Shown here: positions 8,530-16,512 of the stretch, piece after piece
Layout of the letters: each line of letters starts with the position of its first letter
How positions within the stretch are numbered: position 1 is the stretch's first letter
IMG/VR virus record: IMGVR_UViG_3300039098_000131
Coordinates: 1 to 50,946 of that record
DNA: 50,946 nucleotides
Direction: 5' to 3' (one strand)
Source: a virus
Notes under the pieces: model-generated
Told to the model about the DNA's origin: nothing
Seen by the model: the letters and a program-made list of their open reading frames with translations, nothing else
The model's database searches: none
Translations under genes and position numbers: made by a program

Positions 8530-8927
8530 TTTATTTGTCCCCTGTTTTTGACTGCGTTTTGTTACTTCCGTTTACTTCCATTTTGACCCTTGTTTAATTT
8601 TAATGGTAATACTTTATCATACACCACTAAAACAATAAAATCACTCAAACCTGCGGTCAAACCACAGGAGAGAGGGACGTTTTGTTTTATTATTTATATA
8701 TTTATATTGTTTATCATTGTAATACATTTTTAGTCAAATTGACTCGTGTTTATTCTAGGTTTTTCTATAGTGCATTTGACTGGGAAAATCCGTGTGTATA
8801 TAGGGAAGACCCATAAATTTATTAATTAAATCTAACTTGTTGAAATCATTACATTTAATTTAAAGTTATATAAATACAATCAAAAAAACCTATTAATGAC
8901 TAACGCTCGCTAAACCGTCATGAACCG
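8530..8927. other. 398-bp AT-rich non-coding region (candidate promoter and/or replication origin)
   Basis: No credible ORF. It holds long A/T runs, a 13-bp palindrome AGTCAAATTGACT (8732..8744), a hairpin at 8650..8668 and a 10-bp tandem duplication AACCGTCATG x2 (8913..8932). Confidence 0.4.
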
Positions 8928-9290
8928 TCATGAGAGTGACACCACTACCTTAATTAGTCCTATAGATACCGCTGCTGATAACAAGACCAACACTATCCCA
9001 AGGACATTCCACCACTTGATCCTAACCCACCCTAGTATGATTATTGCAACTACTATATCCCACAATCCCCAGTCCTTTTTTCCAGGATCAATCATTTCGT
9101 TTTCCTCTTCATTTGATTCAGCAAGGATGTACATGTCACCGTTTGCTATATCTTTTGCGGTTGTTATTGAGTGCCCATTAAACACTGAGCTCTCAATGCG
9201 TACTGTTTTCCCTGTTAAGTCCTCAAGTTGAAAGCGCTTGATATCCCCGTCTTTTAGAAATGTATTGTTCATGTTGCTGACCTCATTCAT
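8928..9290 (-). CDS. Membrane protein (two C-terminal TM helices)
   Basis: Hydrophobic stretches WDIVVAIIILGWV and VLGIVLVLLSAAVSIGLIKVVV. Confidence 0.55.
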   Translation of the reverse strand: MNEVSNMNNTFLKDGDIKRFQLEDLTGKTVRIESSVFNGHSITTAKDIANGDMYILAESNEEENEMIDPGKKDWGLWDIVVAIIILGWVRIKWWNVLGIVLVLLSAAVSIGLIKVVVSLS

Positions 9291-10686
9291 AAGAGTATGG
9301 TGCTTTATCTGTTATGCCTTCTGAGACCTTGACCTTCAGTGTCTGAATCGTGTTCTGTTTAAGGGCATAGATCTTTTTGACCCTGGTTGCTTTGTTCTTT
9401 TTACAATACATTGCTCCAGGACGCCCACGTCCCGGCTTTTTTAATCGGACTAATTCGAAATCACCAGCATAGCGTTCCTCGAATTGATCATCCAGGTCTA
9501 ACCGCTTTGCCTTTGTTGCAAGTGCATAACTAGGTATAGCGTAAAAACAACTTGCCATCATGCCCGACTTAGCGCTGATATACTTTTCTGCTAACTCATT
9601 CATGGACACCATGATCCTTTTCATATTATCATCCACGATGTTGCTCCGCAATAGTTCAACCATAATGTCATTACAATACAGCACCACTTCGATGGCACGC
9701 TGTGCTATGTACTCCGTTATCACTGGTTTCTTTGGTTTGTGGGACACTGCCATACATATTGCCAACTTTTTAGCATGCATGGCAACCCTGATCTTGAAAG
9801 CACGGTCCATGGTAGATTTCTCAAACATCCTGATCTCGTTGTCAACCTCATGGAATCGGTCAAGTGCCTCTTCGGTGTAGGTCACAAAGGTAAACTTGGT
9901 GTCCGTGTCGCCCTCGATTTCCTTTATCCCTCTTGTTGCTATCTTGAATATCTTTTTCAAGGTGGGAATTGCTAACGGTTGCAGTTCAAGTTTCCGACGC
10001 CCGGGCTCCATGCTCTTTTCGAGATCAAAGAATAGGAAACGGTTGAGGAAACCATCATAAACCTGCTCGATCATAATACCATTAGTCAGCGACTCGAGAT
10101 TGGTTGCCCCGAGTGCAGTTATTGAGAAATCATCTATGACCGTTGACTTCATTGTCCCTTCCTGACCCTTACCCTGAGTCGCCAACTTACGGCGAACAAA
10201 CCGACGCTTGCCATACACCTCAGTCAACATGGTAGCAATTGCTTTTGCCTTCTCGCCCTTGCCCATTATGCCTTCCTGAGCAAACTTCCCGAGTTCATCC
10301 AACTGGATTAACAAATCTTTTCGGTGCGCCTGACCACTTAGCGTATCTTCGATACCCTCCCGGCTGGACGCCTTTGCAATCGTGCTGGCTTCGAGATCAT
10401 TAAGTGTGGCATTTTTGTCGCCGCCATACTTAACCAGTTCGTGAACTAGATCGTCCACTGCCGAAAAGGCGACATCCTTTCCACAACCAGTTGGCCCCAC
10501 TAACCCGAGATATAATCCCCCTGAAAGTCCGTCCGGGGTTTTGTACCTGGCCCCTATAATTAAGTTCATGAACGCCACGGCGGCGCAGTAAGCGGAAATT
10601 CTGTTTGGCACAAATGAATTATTATATACATGATCCGCAATGTCACCAAGAACCCCGTCTGGGCTGTTGATTTCGTCAGGAATCAT
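9283..10686 (-). CDS. P-loop NTPase, putative replicative helicase partner of prim-pol (DUF3987/D5-like)
   Basis: Walker A GLVGPTGCGKD and Walker B-like LLIQLDELGKF. 467 aa, overlapping the prim-pol gene end. Confidence 0.55.
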   Translation of the reverse strand: MIPDEINSPDGVLGDIADHVYNNSFVPNRISAYCAAVAFMNLIIGARYKTPDGLSGGLYLGLVGPTGCGKDVAFSAVDDLVHELVKYGGDKNATLNDLEASTIAKASSREGIEDTLSGQAHRKDLLIQLDELGKFAQEGIMGKGEKAKAIATMLTEVYGKRRFVRRKLATQGKGQEGTMKSTVIDDFSITALGATNLESLTNGIMIEQVYDGFLNRFLFFDLEKSMEPGRRKLELQPLAIPTLKKIFKIATRGIKEIEGDTDTKFTFVTYTEEALDRFHEVDNEIRMFEKSTMDRAFKIRVAMHAKKLAICMAVSHKPKKPVITEYIAQRAIEVVLYCNDIMVELLRSNIVDDNMKRIMVSMNELAEKYISAKSGMMASCFYAIPSYALATKAKRLDLDDQFEERYAGDFELVRLKKPGRGRPGAMYCKKNKATRVKKIYALKQNTIQTLKVKVSEGITDKAPYSYE

Positions 10687-11603
10687 GCTTTAATCTCCAC
10701 ACTGTAGTTTTTGCCGTCCTTGTATACATCATCTACCTCCTTCCTGAGTGTATTACACACCCATTTCCTGGCTTGCTCTTCGTCACCATCGTGCCTAGCA
10801 ATAACGTAGAGGTTATATAAATCTAGTGGACCCGTTCTAATTGCCTGTTCCTCGGTTGTGCTAAAGTTGAAAGCGTCAATTGAGGAATACACCTTGATTG
10901 CAAGTGGGTTGGCACTACCGTTTCGACGCCATCCCCCTAGTACAGGTGTGTAACCACCAATCTCATGGATTAACATGTCGGCGGTCATTTCGTTTGCAGC
11001 CCAGTCGTTGAAAACCTGGACATACTTTGCTTTATGTTCGGATGATTTACTTCGGTCAGTGGTAAAATAGGTCATAACCATTTCTTCCAAAGCGTGGGGC
11101 AGCTTGGGGATGGTTGGCATGTCGCTGAATGGGACCCAGTTTTTGAACTCTGGACTTAGCCACTGATATCTGGTTCCTTCCGGATGCAGGCTTGGCGGCA
11201 ACACATCTTGCATTGTCAAACCAGTTTCCGTTGCACACCTGAACTGCCCACAATCGAAACCAAGCGGGATAGTCGGCAACGGGTCACACCTGAATATGAT
11301 TTTTAATCGATTTTTCTTACCGGATGTAAACTGGACACCCTGTTTGATTAGTTTCCAGTAGCCACCCTGCTTGGTTATTTTCTTGAACTGCTTTAGGTTA
11401 TCAATATCGAAGCAACACAAATCAGAGTAGGATAATTTCACCCCTATATTGCCATACTGGGTGAGTTTTTCCGACTTACGTTTCTTATTCCATTTTTTCT
11501 TGGTGGGGCGCTTACCGCTGAGGTTTATTAGTTTGAATCCTAGTTTTCGGTACAACTCCGTACTGATAGACCATTGGAATTCTAGTTCGTCTTTAGTTAA
11601 CAT
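10683..11603 (-). CDS. Bifunctional primase-polymerase (prim-pol) domain protein
   Basis: The N-terminal region has GNIGVKL..(x9)..CFDIDN, a DxD catalytic motif typical of AEP prim-pol. AGGAG RBS. Followed by the helicase-like gene. Confidence 0.65.
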   Translation of the reverse strand: MLTKDELEFQWSISTELYRKLGFKLINLSGKRPTKKKWNKKRKSEKLTQYGNIGVKLSYSDLCCFDIDNLKQFKKITKQGGYWKLIKQGVQFTSGKKNRLKIIFRCDPLPTIPLGFDCGQFRCATETGLTMQDVLPPSLHPEGTRYQWLSPEFKNWVPFSDMPTIPKLPHALEEMVMTYFTTDRSKSSEHKAKYVQVFNDWAANEMTADMLIHEIGGYTPVLGGWRRNGSANPLAIKVYSSIDAFNFSTTEEQAIRTGPLDLYNLYVIARHDGDEEQARKWVCNTLRKEVDDVYKDGKNYSVEIKA

Positions 11604-11714
11604 TTGATCTCCTGGTTAATATGCCACCTGACTGATAGGAAAGGGGACCGGGGTCGACACCCAGCCCCCCAGCCAGGAGACACGCATTGCGGACTATCAC
11701 GTCCATTAAGCAAT

Positions 11715-11743
11715 ATAATATAGGGAAACATTAAATAAGTCAA
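11715..11743 (-). promoter_or_regulatory. Sigma70-like leftward promoter for the prim-pol operon
   Basis: The minus strand reads TTGACT (11743..11738), a 17-nt spacer, then TATTAT (11720..11715). A leader of about 100 nt with a GC-rich segment (11641..11680) precedes the AGGAG RBS. Confidence 0.4.
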
Positions 11744-11827
11744 TCATTTTTTTAAGGATAATAAAATCAATGAGTTATGCATTTAGAGCCCGCCGTTCGG
11801 TTTCCACAGTAAAAAATGCGTTTTGTT

Positions 11828-11880
11828 AGTGCGGTAAATCGTCGAGTGGGATAATATGTATTCATCAATGAGGGACAACA
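11828..11880 (+). promoter_or_regulatory. Repeated plus-strand promoter-like element, copy P1
   Basis: AGTGC-N15-GGGATAATATGT followed by ATTCATCAATGAGGGACAACA. Shares its architecture with five other copies. Confidence 0.55.
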
Positions 11881-11903
11881 CAGAAACAAAACGGAGAAGA
11901 AAA

Positions 11904-12077
11904 ATGAGACACCAATTCAGAATCGAAGTAATCGACACCGAAGACGGAACAATCATTTGCAAGAAAAACCTCTCCTTAAGAAATCGCACCTATAACGAAG
12001 CATACAACGTAGCCATGAAAGAAGCGAACTACCTTGGTTCAGTGTATGTCGGAAAAGCAAATATAATCACCTTATAA
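11904..12077 (+). CDS. Hypothetical early protein
   Basis: ATG at 11904 with GGAG 8 nt upstream. The ORF-track ATG at 11856 lies inside the conserved -10-like box of P1. Confidence 0.45.
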   Translation: MRHQFRIEVIDTEDGTIICKKNLSLRNRTYNEAYNVAMKEANYLGSVYVGKANIITL

Positions 12078-12090
12078 TAGGAACAGCAAC

Positions 12091-12186
12091 ATGACCACTC
12101 CAGAAATTATCAAAATGATCCACGACCTGAAAGTACTCGGACTCAATGACGAAGAAATCAGATACTTTGTAAAAGCAGCAAAATAG
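12091..12186 (+). CDS. Possible 31-aa micro-ORF
   Basis: ATG with AGGAA 8 nt upstream, translating to MTTPEIIKMIHDLKVLGLNDEEIRYFVKAAK. Its TAG overlaps the next GTG start. It is below the ORF-track length cutoff. Confidence 0.3.
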   Translation: MTTPEIIKMIHDLKVLGLNDEEIRYFVKAAK

Positions 12187-12398
12187 TGAGACTCCCAACA
12201 GTCGCAGATAAGCAAACCTGCGCTAAGTGTCATTACCTACAAATCGTACCGAATAAAGATTGCCCGCTAACCTCAGTTTGGACCGACTGCATTTGTTTTT
12301 GCAGGAAAGGAGTCTGGGGTCCGAAGCGCGGGATGTACGCCGAGATTCATGAAACTACGCTGTGTGAGGAATTTTCCAGGAATAAAAACATTGGTTGA
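12186..12398 (+). CDS. Small Cys-rich protein (4-Cys module family)
   Basis: CAKCHY ... CFCRKG ... HETTLCEEF. GTG start. Confidence 0.45.
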   Translation: MRLPTVADKQTCAKCHYLQIVPNKDCPLTSVWTDCICFCRKGVWGPKRGMYAEIHETTLCEEFSRNKNIG

Positions 12399-12411
12399 GT
12401 AATAAACCTAG

Positions 12412-12464
12412 TGCAGTCAAACCGTAACCGGGCTATTATATATTCAACATAAGGGAACACAACA
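12412..12464 (+). promoter_or_regulatory. Repeated promoter-like element, copy P2
   Basis: AGTGC-N15-GGGCTATTATAT followed by ATTCAACATAAGGGAACACAA. Confidence 0.55.
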
Positions 12465-12486
12465 AATCACAAACCTGGAGCACACA

Positions 12487-12696
12487 ATGAATCAAGACGA
12501 AATCAAAATCCAAATGATCAAAGTAGCAAAAGAATGGAAAGCAGCTCACGACGCATACAAAGCCAAGACTGGTAAGTACAGCGCGGTTTGTGAGGCCTTC
12601 AACCGTTTCGATAGCCTTAAAAGCCACGTTGCCCAGTACGCTTACCTTCCTGCAACTCAGGTTAAAGCGCTCGCAATGAGAATGGCAGAAAAATAA
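12487..12696 (+). CDS. Hypothetical early protein
   Basis: 69-aa ORF with a GGAG RBS, followed by a hairpin at 12712..12736. Confidence 0.55.
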   Translation: MNQDEIKIQMIKVAKEWKAAHDAYKAKTGKYSAVCEAFNRFDSLKSHVAQYAYLPATQVKALAMRMAEK

Positions 12697-12713
12697 AATA
12701 AGTCAAAATATGG

Positions 12714-12766
12714 GGTGCGGTATCCTCCTGCACCCTGTATATTAAGTACAACAAATGAGGGAAACG
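12714..12766 (+). promoter_or_regulatory. Repeated promoter-like element, copy P3
   Basis: GGTGC-N15-CCTGTATATTAA followed by GTACAACAAATGAGGGAAACG. The upstream half overlaps a hairpin (GGGTGC/GCACCC). Confidence 0.5.
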
Positions 12767-12787
12767 AACTTAACCACGGAGCAAAAA

Positions 12788-13105
12788 ATGATACAGTCAA
12801 AAAGAAGTTGGGTCAAAGAAGAAAGCGCAGTTAAAAACGGTCAGCAAAAGCATGGCAAAGCATATACCGGAACCCACCAACTTCCATCTGGTCGTTTTTG
12901 CTTTACATTCACCGACGAACTTATTCTCACTGACGCTCAACGATTCATTGCCAAGGCAGCTGAATTGATGCCACACCAAGACGAACTTCAGGACATCGAC
13001 CCGAGTATAGATAGCCATTCGGAAATAGATGAAATCATGTTCCGCAAGGGTGAGTATCTTGGTGGCATGGCGGCAGTAATACTTTCACTTTTAGCCTCGG
13101 AGTAA
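12788..13105 (+). CDS. Hypothetical early protein
   Basis: ATG at 12788 with GGAG 8 nt upstream. The ORF-track ATG at 12755 sits inside the conserved leader box of P3. Confidence 0.5.
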   Translation: MIQSKRSWVKEESAVKNGQQKHGKAYTGTHQLPSGRFCFTFTDELILTDAQRFIAKAAELMPHQDELQDIDPSIDSHSEIDEIMFRKGEYLGGMAAVILSLLASE

Positions 13106-13110
13106 TCGCA

Positions 13111-13392
13111 ATGACAATACAAGCAAAGTCCGAATTGAGGGCAACACTTATAAGTATAGTAAAAAATAAGATGATGGGCCACGGTATTACGTATGGCCGT
13201 TTCTACAGTGACAAAAGAAAACTAAACGGGGTAGACGGTAGAGCACTTCGCTTTTGGAACGTTAGTGAACTTCCACCTGATTTCTTGAAATTCTTGAACA
13301 ATGAGTTGGCACCTTTTAATGTTGTTGCTGAACTCGTTGAACCAACACGCAGTTTTCACCGCCACAAAAGCATAAATATCCACAGCGTTTAG
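13111..13392 (+). CDS. Hypothetical protein
   Basis: 93-aa ORF in a co-directional series. Confidence 0.5.
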   Translation: MTIQAKSELRATLISIVKNKMMGHGITYGRFYSDKRKLNGVDGRALRFWNVSELPPDFLKFLNNELAPFNVVAELVEPTRSFHRHKSINIHSV

Positions 13393-13394
13393 AT

Positions 13395-13431
13395 TTCAAC
13401 CACTTCAACCACTTCAACCAAAGGTCAACCA
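13395..13431 (+). repeat. Short tandem repeat TTCAACCAC x3, plus a fourth TCAACCA, abutting the next start codon
   Basis: Read directly: copies at 13395..13403, 13404..13412 and 13413..13421, then GGTCAACCA before the ATG at 13432. Confidence 0.8.
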
Positions 13432-13704
13432 ATGATCGATGCAGAACATCTCCAGGATGAAAAACCCGTTGAGTACAAAGCCACTTGCAAAAAGACATTT
13501 TTGAAAGCGCTGGACTTAGCCAATTATGAAACACGCGACACAGTGGTTAAGATTGGAAGGTTTAGCGTTTTTCTTCGCGCTCTCCCCCCAACCAATGACC
13601 CGTGGCACGAAGCATGCAAGAAAATAAGGAACCAGACTTTGAAAAAGGTTTGTCTGGCAGTAAAAAAGTCAAGGATTTCCCTCTGGAGGGAGCATAAAGC
13701 ATGA
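13432..13704 (+). CDS. Hypothetical protein
   Basis: 90-aa ORF with an ATGA overlap onto the next gene. Confidence 0.5.
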   Translation: MIDAEHLQDEKPVEYKATCKKTFLKALDLANYETRDTVVKIGRFSVFLRALPPTNDPWHEACKKIRNQTLKKVCLAVKKSRISLWREHKA

Positions 13705-14090
13705 GCGATGACTTCAATTGTACACAATGCCAGTACTTTGACGGGAGTTATTACTGCCCGGGTGTGAAAGGAGCTCCTTGCCTCCCGGATTTGCCCGAAG
13801 AAAAACCATCCCGGTTGACACTAAGTAAACCGTTTGTGTGTAGAAAGCCAGTGGCAGAATTCGTTTCAGCCATGGAAAACAAGCTTAAAGGAGCAGACCA
13901 CAAGCCCCACTGGTCGACTTGCAGCGTCGATTATTTATTTGGTCGCCTTCTAGACGAGGTCGAGGAATTAACTGAAGCATTCGACACCGGCCAGTCGCCT
14001 GAGGAAATCAGGGACGAGTGTGCCGACGTTGCCAACTTCGCTATGATGATAGCAGACAACATAATGAAGAAAAAAGATTCCAAAGTGTAG
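13701..14090 (+). CDS. MazG-like nucleoside triphosphate pyrophosphohydrolase with an N-terminal Cys module
   Basis: LLDEVEELTEA ... EIRDECADVANFAMMIAD gives the ExxE...ExxD all-alpha NTP-PPase signature. The N-terminus has CTQCQYF..C..C. Confidence 0.7.
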   Translation: MSDDFNCTQCQYFDGSYYCPGVKGAPCLPDLPEEKPSRLTLSKPFVCRKPVAEFVSAMENKLKGADHKPHWSTCSVDYLFGRLLDEVEELTEAFDTGQSPEEIRDECADVANFAMMIADNIMKKKDSKV

Positions 14091-14097
14091 TTTTCCT

Positions 14098-14150
14098 AGT
14101 GCCGGTTTGACCGGGATAGGCTATTATATATACAACAAATGAGGAAAACG
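14098..14150 (+). promoter_or_regulatory. Repeated promoter-like element, copy P4
   Basis: AGTGC-N15-AGGCTATTATAT followed by ATACAACAAATGAGGAAAACG. Confidence 0.55.
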
Positions 14151-14190
14151 ACCTCACAGGGTCACAAACAAACCTAACCGGGAGAACATC

Positions 14191-14694
14191 ATGTCAGCAT
14201 TCGATCAAGCACAAGAAAACAAAGCAAACGGAAATCCAGTATGGTTCGTATCTTACAAGATCGAAGTAACCAAGATTGGTACCCGTAAGTTTCGCGCTCA
14301 AGTAATACGCTTGATGGACGGCCAGGTAATGTGGAGTTCGTTGGCACCCAGTGGTCGCAACACCAAGAGCGGCGTTCAAAGCGACGCACTCGAAGTGCTC
14401 GAAGAATTGAAAGCAAAGGACAAGGCCGAGTTCGAAACAGCAACAGTAAAAGACGAACCAGCCAAGGAAGCCAAGCCTAAAAAGAAGAATGACTGGTCGG
14501 CACGCAATCGTGTAGTAAACACCGAGACCAATGAATGTCAGTGTACCAAATGTGGTGAGATTAGTACATTTGGCGATTTTTACTCTGACAAAACAAACAA
14601 GGCAGGCGTTATGAATTGGTGCAAAAGTTGCTTAAAGGATCACAGAGCAGCTAAAAAAGCAGCGAAAGAGTTGGCAGCAGCCGACTCAGAATAA
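14191..14694 (+). CDS. Hypothetical protein with a C-terminal zinc-ribbon-like motif
   Basis: CQCTKCGE..F..FYSDK..AG..NWCKSC. Lys/Ala-rich linker and tail. Confidence 0.55.
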   Translation: MSAFDQAQENKANGNPVWFVSYKIEVTKIGTRKFRAQVIRLMDGQVMWSSLAPSGRNTKSGVQSDALEVLEELKAKDKAEFETATVKDEPAKEAKPKKKNDWSARNRVVNTETNECQCTKCGEISTFGDFYSDKTNKAGVMNWCKSCLKDHRAAKKAAKELAAADSE

Positions 14695-14700
14695 CCAATC

Positions 14701-14716
14701 GGGGGCTACGGCCCCC
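14701..14716 (+). terminator. Short GC hairpin after 14191..14694
   Basis: GGGGGC-TACG-GCCCCC, a 6-bp stem with a tetraloop. No U-tract follows, so terminator function is uncertain. Confidence 0.25.
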
Positions 14717-14733
14717 AAATAAAGGAGGCAATT

Positions 14734-14889
14734 TTGGAAACTCGAATAGTTATCACCTTTTCCTCAGAACATGATAATGCAAAGGATAACGTGGATGACG
14801 TTCACCAGTTATTCATGAGGCGTAATCCTATGGACGAACCCATAATAATAACCGAAGGAAAGGTTGACGGTTTCTGGATAAAGGATTAA
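14734..14889 (+). CDS. Possible 51-aa protein (TTG start)
   Basis: AGGAGG lies 7 nt upstream of the TTG. The ORF fills the gap exactly, up to 2 nt before the next ATG. It is below the ORF-track cutoff. Confidence 0.35.
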   Translation: METRIVITFSSEHDNAKDNVDDVHQLFMRRNPMDEPIIITEGKVDGFWIKD

Positions 14890-14891
14890 TT

Positions 14892-15134
14892 ATGTCCGTA
14901 AAAAGGTATCTTAACAACGTAGTCGGTAAACCTAAAAAGAAGGGCAAGTACCCACTTGATGGAAAAACCGAGTTTGCTAAGTACGGAACATATCGGGTAA
15001 AAATTACTGGTGAAAAATGGGAAGTTCAGTTCACTTTCCATGATAAACCATGGACAACATTTCAGAGCGGTGAAGGCGTAAACGGTTTTCTTGCCTCAGC
15101 CCTTTCTGTGTATCACCTTGGAGAACGTGAGTAA
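14892..15134 (+). CDS. Hypothetical protein
   Basis: 80-aa ORF. Confidence 0.5.
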   Translation: MSVKRYLNNVVGKPKKKGKYPLDGKTEFAKYGTYRVKITGEKWEVQFTFHDKPWTTFQSGEGVNGFLASALSVYHLGERE

Positions 15135-15496
15135 TGAAATCTTATGAAAAATGGGAAAAGGCCAAACGCAAACTTGAACGAGCCAAAGCCCTCGAATTTG
15201 AAACACGGAAGAAACTTGGCGATGCACAAATCCAAGGGGAAGAAACAAGAATTACTTTTCTACACGGTGATAATAAGGTTGCCATCGCTCGAAAGGTCGG
15301 ATATACTGTTCCGAAAGCTTCAATTGAGAAGTTAAGAAAAAAGCTTGGGCAAGAAACATTCGACAAACTGTTTTATGTTAGCCACAGTCTGAGGGAGGGC
15401 GCTTACAAGGGTCTTACCCCAAAGCAGAAAAAAATTGCAGATAAGTTTATTAGCGAGTACGAAGCACCGTACCAAATAACAATAACGGAAAGATAG
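15134..15496 (+). CDS. Hypothetical protein
   Basis: 120-aa ORF, start coupled to the previous stop (TAATG). Confidence 0.5.
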   Translation: MKSYEKWEKAKRKLERAKALEFETRKKLGDAQIQGEETRITFLHGDNKVAIARKVGYTVPKASIEKLRKKLGQETFDKLFYVSHSLREGAYKGLTPKQKKIADKFISEYEAPYQITITER

Positions 15497-15498
15497 AA

Positions 15499-16419
15499 AT
15501 GACCAACACGCTAGGTGGTTGGGCAAACATTATCCTAAAAGGGAGAAACGAAATGGCATTACCAAAAGGTTACACCAAGAAAACATTACTCGTAGCAGTT
15601 GAAGCATTGAACGCAGCCACAGGCTCCGAGTTAAAGGTTGCCAGCAAATCGGCACAGATCATCGTGGATACTGTTGCTGACGCATTGGCAGAAATAGCAG
15701 TTGTAGAAGTTGCACAGTTTGACACCAAAATGCTTGACACATTCTCAGCATTTGGTATATTGGAGGGAATGGCGGAACTCAGCGACGAAGCTGCCACCGC
15801 AATCTCATCCAGAACCGGTACCACAGTTTGGGCAAAGAGTACTGTAACTCTTCCCAAAGTTAAGGACCAAAAGAAAAACAAAAAGGACAAAAAAATGGGT
15901 AAAAAAGACAAGGGCGACAAAGCAGCAAAGGGAAAACCAGGTATCGCACAAAAAGCGGAATCTGCCGACGGTCTCGGAATCATCGCTTCAATTCCTGACT
16001 TCATCCAAAAGGCTAAGAAAAAGGGAATCACCTACGGTAAGTTGCTCAAAGCCCTCCAGGACAAGTTCCCGGATCGTGATCCTGAAGCCCTTGGCAAAAC
16101 CCTCCGAGTTCAGGTTGGCACCAAGAATCCACCACTTCGTGTTGAAAAAGACCGCAAGGTTCGGATTGACTTTAAAGGCGAAAAAATTGAAGACCGTACC
16201 TTCATCTTTGTAGGCGAAGCCTCTGAAGAGCAGGTTGCCGAGTGGAAGGACGCAGCAAAGAAGGCGAAAGATGCCCGCGCTGCCAAAAAGGCAGAAAAGG
16301 AAGCGCCTGCTGAGACTGCGGTTGAAGAGACCGAAGAGGTTGAGACCGAGGTCGAAACCAAGAAGGACAAAAAAGACAAGAAGAAAAAGAAAAAGAAAGG
16401 TAAGAAGTCAAAAAAGTAA
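15499..16419 (+). CDS. Lysine-rich protein (possible DNA-binding, histone-H1-like tails)
   Basis: Internal KKNKKDKKMGKKDKGDKAAKGK and C-terminal KKDKKDKKKKKKKGKKSKK. An alternative start is at 15553 (GGGAG 8 nt upstream). Confidence 0.55.
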   Translation: MTNTLGGWANIILKGRNEMALPKGYTKKTLLVAVEALNAATGSELKVASKSAQIIVDTVADALAEIAVVEVAQFDTKMLDTFSAFGILEGMAELSDEAATAISSRTGTTVWAKSTVTLPKVKDQKKNKKDKKMGKKDKGDKAAKGKPGIAQKAESADGLGIIASIPDFIQKAKKKGITYGKLLKALQDKFPDRDPEALGKTLRVQVGTKNPPLRVEKDRKVRIDFKGEKIEDRTFIFVGEASEEQVAEWKDAAKKAKDARAAKKAEKEAPAETAVEETEEVETEVETKKDKKDKKKKKKKGKKSKK

Positions 16420-16459
16420 TTGACGAATACCTAGAAGGTATTATGAACCGATAGTAAAA

Positions 16460-16489
16460 GGCGGGGCTACAAACGGTCCCGCCTTTTTT
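16460..16489 (+). terminator. Rho-independent terminator
   Basis: GGCGGG (16460..16465) pairs with CCCGCC (16478..16483) and is followed by TTTTTT (16484..16489). Confidence 0.6.
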
Positions 16490-16512
16490 GTACCTTTAAT
16501 TCTGGAGGCACC

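Noticed and set aside
8769-8810. Possible seventh copy of the plus-strand promoter-like element in the AT-rich gap (AGTGC ... TGTATATAGGGAAGAC)
   Set aside because: The spacing is 19 nt rather than 15, the 12-mer is poorly matched, and no plus-strand gene follows. I kept it only as a weak possibility, such as an antisense transcript.
10617-10628. GAATTATTATAT, resembling the A/T-rich 12-mer of the repeated element
   Set aside because: It lies inside the helicase-like gene, it lacks the [AG]GTGC box 15 nt upstream, and it lacks the conserved downstream leader.
11641-11680. GC-rich run (GGGGACCGGGGTCGACACCCAGCCCCCC) as a G-quadruplex or small RNA gene
   Set aside because: It has too few G-runs on either strand for a canonical quadruplex and only short stems. 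It is more simply part of the prim-pol mRNA leader or an operator-like near-palindrome.
11856-11903. The ORF-track start codons at 11856 and 12755
   Set aside because: Both ATGs fall inside the conserved promoter and leader boxes (ATAATATGTA and CAAATGAGGG) that recur at sites with no ORF. Downstream ATGs with GGAG RBSs at 11904 and 12788 are preferred.
15570-16031. 153-aa minus-strand ORF, and other antisense ORFs inside 15499..16419
   Set aside because: They mirror the low-complexity Lys/Ala-rich coding strand. There is no independent support.
16420-16447. TTGACG-N16-TATGAA as a queC promoter
   Set aside because: It lies upstream of the intrinsic terminator rather than downstream, and the -10 is weak. 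I mention it only as context in the queC-island finding.
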